64,000 bases of DNA, taken from the NCBI RefSeq assembly GCF_009914755.1, contig NC_060931.1; one strand, 5' to 3'. Below are positions 54,242 to 64,000 of the stretch, piece by piece. Both the position numbers and the translations under genes were made by a program. Positions within the stretch are counted from its first letter, which is position 1. Each line of letters begins with the position of its first letter. The notes under the pieces are model-generated. The model was not told the origin of the DNA. It saw only the letters and a program-made list of their open reading frames with translations, and made no database searches. The DNA is from the human T2T-CHM13v2.0 reference genome, Homo sapiens.

Positions 54242-54313
54242 AACATTGTCTAAAAGTCTGTAAGTCTGATATCAATATTTCAATAACAGACTTATGGACT
54301 TTTGGACAATGTT
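54242..54313. repeat. 72-nt inverted repeat (31-bp stem) built from the 51543 TIR-like sequence
   Basis: 54242-54272 pairs with 54283-54313 at 27/31 Watson-Crick positions, with a 10-nt loop. Confidence 0.9.
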
Positions 54314-54819
54314 TTCTTTCCCTTATTTATTTATAGACATTCTTTATATATTGTGATATATATGCTGATATGTTATATATCTGTTTCTTAAGTGCATAGT
54401 ATTATTTGATGAACAGAAGTTCTCAGTTTTATATGTGGTTAAATTTATCAGTATTTTCTTTTGCACTTATTGCTTTTGTCATTGCTTAGGAAAAAACCCA
54501 CCCTAAAGTCTGAAAGATGTTTACTTAATTAATTTCTTAAACATTTAAGATTTTGCTTTCAATATTTAGGCTCTTAATTCATCTGGAGTTGATTTTTGTT
54601 TACAGTAAACGTTTTTGTTTATTGTTACAAATTTGCTCAAGTAAATTTTACAAAAATTTTAAACATGATTCGAATAGAGAAATTGAGGACTGACTTAATG
54701 TTGTGTGCCACTTAGATGACAGTCAGCCTTTTGCAGATTTCTCAAGATCTTCTCTCTGTAACTAATCTTTACTGGGAAGGTCAAGTGCCTTCCTCTAGAG
54801 ATCCAGCCCTCCCGCCAGT

Positions 54820-54975
54820 TCAGCTAAGGGACTTTACTGTCTTCAGTTTATTCATTTGTAAAATCTGGATAAGGTATGTACCTCAAAGAGATGTTTTGAG
54901 GACTGAACAAGATAACATGTGAATTACTTAGCTCTGTGCCTGACAAGCATTGTGTGAACAATAAGTGTCATCACT
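54820..54975 (+). mobile_element. MIR
   Basis: CTTCAGTTTATTCATTTGTAAAAT...GTACCTCAAAGAGATGTTTTGAGGACTGAACAAGATAA. Confidence 0.65.
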
Positions 54976-57130
54976 GCCGCATCCCACAAACACCAGAACG
55001 TCAGTGGCCCAGCGCTAATACTGGTTGGCCCATCCAGAAAGGAATCCTTCCCAGTCTGGCTTGAAATAACAATAACAATAGCATCTCCACCTGAGCCACA
55101 TGAGAAGGGGCTGGGCCTCTGTGGTCATCAATGCCACAAAGCAAAGGGAATAATTATTCTTCCATTGTCATGGAAATTACTAAAGCAATGTGGAGTAACA
55201 CCACTGAGACAGTCTCAAAGAGGGCACCCATTCTGATTCAAAGTTTGTGTGAGGGGTGTGCAATCTGAGAATCTGGGTTCTCTTGAATTCCTGGGATTCT
55301 ATGCTGTAGTGAATAATTTCTGCCCCATAAAGACCATGGGAGAAGCCTCGATCATCTTGATCTCCCACATCACTATTAACGATAACTCCCTGCCTCTTAT
55401 TGCTAGAGTTTCCTTTGCACAATTCTATTAAATATGACATGGTAACCTGACCCACAAGTAATTACACTTCCAAGAATTTTCCTCACACAGTTGGGAAAAG
55501 CTAAATTGGTACGTAAGTTCTGAAAACACTGATTGACTTCTCCTCTCTGAGACAATGCAGCCCACCCTCTTGGATAAATCCTGAGAAAGATTAAAGAGTG
55601 GTAAGAGATGTCTGCCCTTCAACACTTAAGAAATTATATCTTGCTGTGGCTGTTTTTTTATCTTGTGTATGTATATGAGTAAGCTTAGCAAAGTCCTTCC
55701 TGCTAAAATTGTGGATTGCGTTTTATCAGAAGTCATTTGAGATTTCATGTATGAGGCCAATCTTTGAAATTTTCATGCTGAAAATGTTTCCAGTGAGGAA
55801 CTGCAACTCCTCTGCATTCCCTCATTTCATTTTATTTTATTTTATTTTATTTTATTTTAATTCAGCTTGTATTCCAAGCTAGTGGCAAAGTTTTAAAAAT
55901 TGGCAGCAGGCCCTCACCCCTGAACTCATGAGAGAGCCACCAGTCCCCATTGACCTCGTGCCTCCACCTCCCTTGCCCAGGCAACTCTTTCACATCTTCT
56001 CATTGCCTTCTTTGGAATCAGGTTTCCAGGAATTGTTGGGCCAGATGGAGAAATCAACTGGGAACTTCATGCCTCATTGACAGGAGAGGAGAGGTGGGGA
56101 AATCCTCCCAACTGAAATGTTAACTCATTCCCTGTTGTGGTTACTTAGGATTGTCATCAGGAAAATTTCAACTGCCTAGTGAGGAAGTGGGATGTTTTTT
56201 GGTTTTCACATTTGTGCAATACAATTTAAGAAGAAATAAACAGAGAAAGCTGGTGTGTGTGTGTGTGTCTGTGTGTTCAGCACAGAAACAATAGATCATC
56301 TGAAGTATATGGGTATGAAGTGAGAAGGTGAGCAAAGGGATGAAACATCACAGCCTGCTGATCACCTTGATCTTGGACCTTTTCTATATTGCTTTCCTTC
56401 AACAGTCAGTGTCCAACAGTTAGAGCCCAGACTGAAGCCGGAAGTCACACAGTGACATTGGAGGGGGATGATGGGGTGTCGGGGGAGGATTCACCCGATG
56501 AATTTACGGGGAACAGTGCTTAGGTACATATGGAAAACTGCACTCGGTTGCCACTGCCAGTCTAGGAAATGAAGAGTTGCTCTGTACTGGGGTCTGACAG
56601 AACCCAGCCTTTCCGTTTGCCTTCAGATGATATGTGTGCACACGTGCAGATAGAAACTTGAATTGGGCAGAAGTGAGAGGTGACCAAAGTCCCGCTGACT
56701 TCTATTTATTCAAAGTGGGAAGAAAAAGAGGTAGCTCTTATTATGCAGGGAACTCCCTGAGCTAAAATTATTTGTTCTCAGCCTTCTACGTGCCCTGGGA
56801 CATGCAGCGGAGTGACGACCAGTCTAGACACCTCCAGGCTGCAAGGCCACAGGGCAGGCACACCCATAGTGAAATAATGAGCATGTGAACCCACGTGAGG
56901 AAGAGTGTAAACCCACGGGAACCCAGTGCTCTCCCTCCTGATGCCAAACCCTCCATCCCACCCCCTCCATCACATCTTCCCTTCTCCAGAATCTCAGCAA
57001 TTATCCCATTTAAATAAAAATTAAGATTTTGACTACATGTCTTTTCTTCATCTTCATCAGAAAATTAAACAGAGACTAACAAAAAAAAAGGGGTGTGGGG
57101 TGAATTTTTGTAAATTCTGTTGTCTAGAGA

Positions 57131-57295
57131 CCCTGACTACTCTGAAGTTGGATCCTTGGACCAGCAACTTCAATGCTACCCAGGAGCTTGTTACAATGTG
57201 GCTTTTCAGACTCCACCCCTACCTACTCAATTAGAATCTGCACTTTAACAAGTTCCCAGGTGATTCCTATGCACTGTAACATTGAAGAAGCAGTG
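57131..57295. mobile_element. MER5A1-like
   Basis: AGAATCTGCACTTTAACAAGTTCCCAGGTGATTCC; GTCTAG on both flanks. Confidence 0.75.
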
Positions 57296-57436
57296 GTCTA
57301 GTAGCTTCTCTCACTAAATCTTTATCACAAGGGCTAATAACTAGCAAACCTAAGCGCCAGTTACTTTTTGTTTTCATCTTTTAATCTCAGAGGTCCTAAT
57401 GGTTGGCAGTGTAGCCATATAAAGAACGGTAAAAGA

Positions 57437-57914
<478 letters not shown>

Positions 57915-60404
57915 GTCTAGAACACGAGGTCATACATCATATTTAATTTTACTAAGATTGCTTTTTTTTTTTTCGTTTGTATACATCCTCTCCTAGAAAG
58001 TTAGATCTAGCCAGATGCAGTAAGGACAGTTACATAATTTCAACTTATTTTTCCTGCTTATTTAGTCCATCTCTCATAGCTGGTGAGATGAAAGGAGTGA
58101 TGAAAGTATTGACTAATTAAACAGATAGTTGCTGCTACTCTGTTTGCTGTGGGTAGATAGAATTGTCATCCTAACCAAAGTCATCACACCAGTGTTCTGA
58201 CAGGGCCTGAGAGAGAAGCTAAGGATTTATTCTTTTCACCAAAATATCAAAAAATTTTTAAATAAAGCAACAGATCATCTCTGCTATTTACTCTCTGACT
58301 TAGGAAAGTCTACAGAAATCACAAATGATATATTGATTACATAGTAATCAAGTTTAAACTTTACTACTTTTATTTCACAAAATCTCTCCAAGTGTCTTGG
58401 TTTCACATTTGTTAATATGCTGTTATGAACTCATAATGATCACATGTGTAAACTCTGTATGCATGACAGTCAGATATGTTCCTGCTTTTGTTTTTGGTGG
58501 GGAATGTTTTTGTGGTATTTAATATCATGTGTAATAACTCTACTTCTAATGTTCTGCAGTTACTGGTAAGCCACTTGGGCACTTCATACTAATTTCCCAT
58601 TGATACCCACTTGAGACATGATTCTCATGTCTCAAAACATGAGAAACAGAGTTCCTGATGTCCCCTTCCATGGTCAGCCTTACAGAGTAGAGCAGGGAAA
58701 TTCTCTATCTCACCAAGATTAATTTTAAACCTAAAACAGATGCACACATGTCCAGGCAACTGTCAGGGTTGATAACCCTTGGAATCTCTATTCTAGGAAA
58801 AGGAACTATGATAAGTTCACCTACAGAAACAGAGGAGGAAATGATCTTCCTCGGGCTTCTATTCTTAAGGGGAATGGGGAAAGCATATATCTGAGAAGCA
58901 ATGACTCTCCAGAACCCAGGAGCCAAGAAGAGGGAGAAAGGGGCCTGCCCTGGATTTCTGCATGGGCACAGCAGGTGTTCTGGTGGTCAGGGGTCAATAA
59001 TAAGCTCTCTAGAGAGAGAAGCAGGAGAAATCAACTCAAGGGCCCAGACTGGAAAACTGTGTGAAAACTGTGGCTAGTTCACAAAAGACATCTCCAAGCA
59101 CTTCCCCGAAACAACGAGGCAAAACTTTGAAATGGGACTAATAAGTCTGCATTGGGCAAACCACAGAAAACTGAATTAGGAATTAATGGGAAAGTATTTG
59201 CAAACAAAAGCTAGTGAGATCTAGGAAAACTCTGGTTGAGATCAATTCAGTGAGACCTGTCCTCCCAGCACACAGGCCAGCAACAATGCGCTCTAGGTGA
59301 AGGAGGCAGGGGGCTCCCCTCAGCTCTGCAGCGTCTTCACAATAGCACGAGTGAATGTCGTGCCTTCCTGGTAAATCAGGAGAAGTCAACACTTATCATC
59401 GCTGTTCACACCAGGAAACCAGAACCAAGATGTCAAGTAATTTACACTGCGCAGACCACCCTCCGTCTTTCGGGTTTGCTTACCTTTTATTTTTCATTTC
59501 AGGTGAAATACATTCAGCTAACAAGACCTTATGCTAGATTACATAAAGGCACTTATGCATTTTTATTTTATTTCATTTTGAGTCACTGTCAAAAAGGAGA
59601 CATTAAGTGTCGTTCTCTTTTGACTTAAGAGGATGAAAAATGTTCATGGAAATTATAATTGGGAGAAAAAATAAAGAAGTAAGTTTAGTCAAAAGTAGAG
59701 AAGAGGGTTTTTTTTTCCATTTTTTTTTAAATCTGAATTTCCCATCTCCAGATATCTAGTTTCTTAAACTACCCATATACATTATGAGGAAATGGAAATG
59801 TCATGTGTCTTCATGGAAATTTGATCATTTCGCAAAGCGTTAATTGGGAAGTTTGGCAAAGCTACATCAACACCTCTCAAACTGAGAGTGCAGTGCTTGA
59901 TTCTTTATGACAATCTTCCTATAAAGGGGAAACTCCCATTTTCTAATCTTTCTCAAGGGGCAATAGTCTAAGCTCTTGGCCTAATTGAATCTAAATATGC
60001 CCCAGGAAGTAGGAGCCAAATCAACCTCTAACTGAGCACTGAAGAATTTCCAAGTAAAGAGATTTGTGTTAAATGAGTCTTTTGAAGACCTGACCAGCCT
60101 CCAAAGAGCTGCAAATTTCTTGGAATCCAGGGAGTCTTGAGGATCTGCTTATACCAGTGCCACCGTATTTCATAAAAGCAATGTGATGGGATTTTAAAGT
60201 GGTCTTTTGCAAATTGAAGTAATGAGAGAACAGGTCAAGGAGGGGAGGGATATGGGCATAACAAAATGGTCCTGGGGTTTTTCTTTTTTTCAAAAATAAT
60301 TTTGTTTACTATATTATTGCAAAGAAACAACAACAACAAAAACCCCTGGAAACATCTTAATTATCTGCCAGTAGGGGAATTTTTAATGTGACAGTACACC
60401 TTTG

Positions 60405-60635
60405 ATGGTGGTTAAGAATGTAGGCTGTAGAGTCCGACCAACTCTAGCAAGACCCATCTCTGAGGCTTCGTTTTCTCATCAGCAAAGCATGGAGGTAATC
60501 ATGATACCAGCCTCATAATGTTGTTGTAAAGATACAATAATGACTGCAAAGTATTATTGATTATTATTGTAAAGTATTATTATGACTGTGCATAGCTCAG
60601 AGTAGTCACTCGATAAATGTTAGCAATTATTGTAA
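60405..60635 (+). mobile_element. MIR within an old L1ME-like fragment
   Basis: GTGGTTAAGAATGTAGGCT...TCTCTGAGGCTTCGTTTTCTCATC...CACTCGATAAATGTTAG. Confidence 0.65.
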
Positions 60636-63377
60636 TTCTCATGATTATTTTCATGAGAATACCGTGCAAGAATGAAAAATGATCATGTGGAGTGTAAATC
60701 TATATTTATCAACAGGTAAAGATTACTCCTACCACCATGACCACCACTGCTTCTACTAACCTGATAAACATGGCTCAAATACATTTCTAAGTGGACAGAA
60801 AAGAGAACATATTGTACACATCTTTGTGTAGTATGATTCAAAATGTGAGAAGTCAGGAAGGAAATACTTCCTTACCTATTATGGTTATAAGTAACAGTAC
60901 ATATGTCTGAGAAGTGGTGATTTTGGTGACTTTATTTTTTCCTCTGTGATGTCTGTGTTTTTTTTTTCTTTTAATGAACATGAAATAGTTTTTAGGATCT
61001 ATAACTAAAAACGAATCAAATTGCTATTAGAAAAATAAATGTTCAGCATCCCTGTGCTCTGCCAGTCCAGGGCAAAGGCTGACTCTGCAGTGAGCCTGTA
61101 AAGTAGAGCCCCCTGCACTGACGATGCCAGCGCCTTTTGGCCTGGTGGAGCTCTCAGGTGGGTGCAGGTGATGGGAGGGTTGCCAGGAAAGCTCACAAGA
61201 CAGGCATCTAATTGTCCCCAGGTGTGTCAGAGACTGCTTCTTGGAAGAGGTGATAGCTGAGCTAAGTGCTAATTATTTAGAATGAAAGGAAGGTGCCCAG
61301 ACAAAGCCTAGAAAGGAGGGCAGCCCAGGGGGAAAGAGCAGCACGGATTAAACTCTGGAGGAGTGACAGACAGGCCCACTCTAGGGACATCAAGGATCAG
61401 TATGAACCAGCACAGAGTACCAGAAGGTGAGGCCAGGAGTGATGAGCAATGAAGCAAGAGGTTGTCATTGTCATGCAGGCAGCACTGAAGCCTTTGAAGG
61501 ATGCTCGGCAGTGAAGTGGCAGGATGCAAGGTATATTGGTGAAAGCTCAATCTTCAGAGCTTCACTGGAGTCTAGTATAATTAACTCTCTAAAGGAGCGT
61601 GCCAGCCTTCACCAAGAAGGGGTGCCCGAGTCAGGAAGGAGAGCTGGGCAAACCTTGAAGTGGGAATGCTGTTTGTTCTGCTTGAAAGATGAGGGCAAGT
61701 TAGCAAGGAGAATGTGCCAGATAGAGAGATGGGATGGGGAGCGCAGCAGGCTGAGGACAGCACAGAGGAGAGACATGGGGCTTGAGAGAGTGCAGCTCCT
61801 TAGAGGAAGAGTCACCAGCATGCAGTGTGGCTGCAGTGTGGCCTCAGATCCTGATGCCCTCATGAGCCCAGCTAAGAGGTTGAATTGCTTCTATATATGG
61901 AGCGCTGGTACCTGAGCACCTCCCTCAGATCTGCTTGTGAGCTCTTCTGGTGTGGGGTCCTGCCAGGCGTCACTGTACATCCCAAGCCCTTTGGAGGGAA
62001 TCACTCTCTCCAATGACTACTCTCACCATTGACCGCTGCCAAGATTCTGCTCTCAAGTCCACCTCCCCTGCCCAGCTCCCCTGTGCATGACCAGCTGGAA
62101 ACTCCAGCAGGATTGGAGCAAGCTGGTGGAGGGACCGTACAAACTCACAGGCCACATCAAAGTAGTGCCTCTCATCTGTGTTTTCTGCTGCAGACAACAA
62201 ATGCACATAGCCATAAGGTCAGCATTGGCTGTGTCACTGTCAGGTGGAGCTGATTTGAATCTTACGTCCACTGTCCCTTTGTTATATTAACATAAACAAG
62301 GAATTTAACTTCCAAATCTCAATTTCCTCATCCACTGTAAGAATAAAACTTCCTTCATATAAAATACACTCAGTACAGTGTCTGAATCACAGAAAGTATT
62401 CAAGAAAATATAGTTACTATTGTTTAAATGTTTGATAGTAAGTTAATATCATGATATATTTTGCCAACTGAACATATATTTCTTCTGTGTGTGACATGAC
62501 TTTTTATCTTAAAAATGAGTCCTATTAATTTAAAAGGCTAAGACTATACTCTAAAATCATCAGTTCTACAGTTGTGTTTCCTGCCACTGCTTTTTCACCC
62601 CCCTGCCACAAATCCTGTGGTTTCTACTCTCCTGCTACTGAGTGCTCACCCCACATTGCTGACAACCTGTTTCCTGCTGCGGTGGACTGAAGTGGCCCCT
62701 GCTCCTCACAGAGAAAGCTGCTGGAAGCTAATAATGGAAGGTCATGTTAAATGCTGGTGTTCTCCTCGGGGTTGCGGGGGGGTGGCGGTGGCAGAGAGGG
62801 TTTGCTCAGTCTGTGACATGATGCCTCAAACTCAGCAACAAGTCCTTCCTATCTGGGTCTCAGCAACCCCACTACTCAGAACCTTGACCCATGTTTCAAT
62901 ATCCACATCTTCCCACTACAAAAGTCAGAGCCCACGTCCTCTCCATAGAAATAACTAGTTCAGGGCTATAAAAGTATTTCATGTTGAGGCAGATAAAGAC
63001 CTTTACAAACCCTAAACCCTGAGAAGATTAGGGTATATTCTCCACTATATATAATTCAAATATAAACAAGCATAAGGGAGTACATTCAAGTTCTGATCTT
63101 TTTCTATGGCTGCTTCAGTGTGCTTTTAAAATGTCAAAACCTGTTAATAAGCAAGTTTAGTTTTTTGGTTTTTTTGCATTTATTGTCACTGTTGATACAT
63201 TTGGCTTTATTTCTATCATCTTACTTTGTGTTTTCCTTTTATCATGATTTTTTCTTTTTTTTTTTTTTCTATTTTTGTGATTTCCATTGGAATAATCAAG
63301 TTTACTTTATTCTCCTTTGACCACCTGTGGGTTTGGAATTTGTTCATTCCATTTTTAGTCTTCTAGTGGTTACTGTT

Positions 63378-64000
63378 TGCAGTGACTTCTGACACCAAAT
63401 CCCCAGAGTTGGGCCGTACTTCTCAGGTTCAGGGCACAGTCCTTTGCAAGACTTGCCTCCCTTTAGACACCAGTCACAAGTTTGGGTTTCCCAGGCCATC
63501 TACACTTCCAACCAATTTGCTGCAATTTGGAGCATTCTTTTACTGATTCAAATTCTGTAATCTACTAGAATGACCCACAAAACACAAGAAAGCACTATAC
63601 TTCCGAGTTTTATTATAAAAAACAAAAGGGAATACACATCCAGATCAACCAAAAGAAAAGAACAGGGTGAGGTCTGAGAGAGTCCCAAATGTGAAGCTTC
63701 TGTGTCCTCAGGGAAACATCATCCTCCCAGCACATTCATGTGTGACAATAGGCAGAACACTGCCAACCAGGGAAGCTCAACTGAGCTCTGGTGTCCATGG
63801 TTTTCAGTGGAGCATCACTACATAGGCAGGATTGATTGTCATTGGCTGTGTGATTAAGCTTGAGCTCCAGCTTCCGTTTCTTCTCTGGAGGCTGGACTGA
63901 TACCACATAGCTCAAAGCCCTAATGCTCTAACTTGGCTGGTCCTTCTGTTGTGGCCAGCCCCCATCCTGAGTCATCTCATCAACCTCAACTATGTTGGGG
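63378..64000 (-). mobile_element. MER21-type LTR, running off the window end
   Basis: TTCTGACACCAA...TTAGACACCAGTCACAAG...AAGAAAGCACTATACTT...GGGTGAGGTCTGAGAGAGTCCC...CCAGGGAAGCTC. Confidence 0.75.

Noticed and set aside
61427-61915. Longest ORF (162 aa)
   Set aside because: GTG start, no recognisable domain, and lies in purine-rich L2-like decayed sequence.

Overview
This is primate (human-like) genomic DNA: AT-rich, dense in repeats, and intronic or intergenic. I found no supportable protein-coding exon or functional RNA gene. The ORF track is almost entirely Alu, L1, LTR or microsatellite translations. Main content: (1) a two-LTR, non-coding MER41A provirus on the minus strand (144-6401) with a GACT target-site duplication (TSD), an Arg primer-binding site (PBS), a polypurine tract and an internal tRNA-Glu-like segment; (2) about 19 Alus, many with TSDs; (3) old L1M, L2 and MIR fragments; (4) MaLR and ERV solo LTRs; (5) hAT and mariner MITEs. 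The most unusual signal lies at 50035-54313. A ~1 kb insert inside an old L1 translates, with frameshifts and stops, into three pieces resembling a Merlin/IS1016 (IS1595-like) DDE transposase in scrambled order: middle on +, N-terminus on +, C-terminus on -. Nearby are a GGTAAC-starting TIR-like end at 51543 and a 72-nt hairpin copy of that end at 54242-54313. All repeat family names come from recalled consensus features by eye, not from a search, and boundaries of old repeats are approximate.
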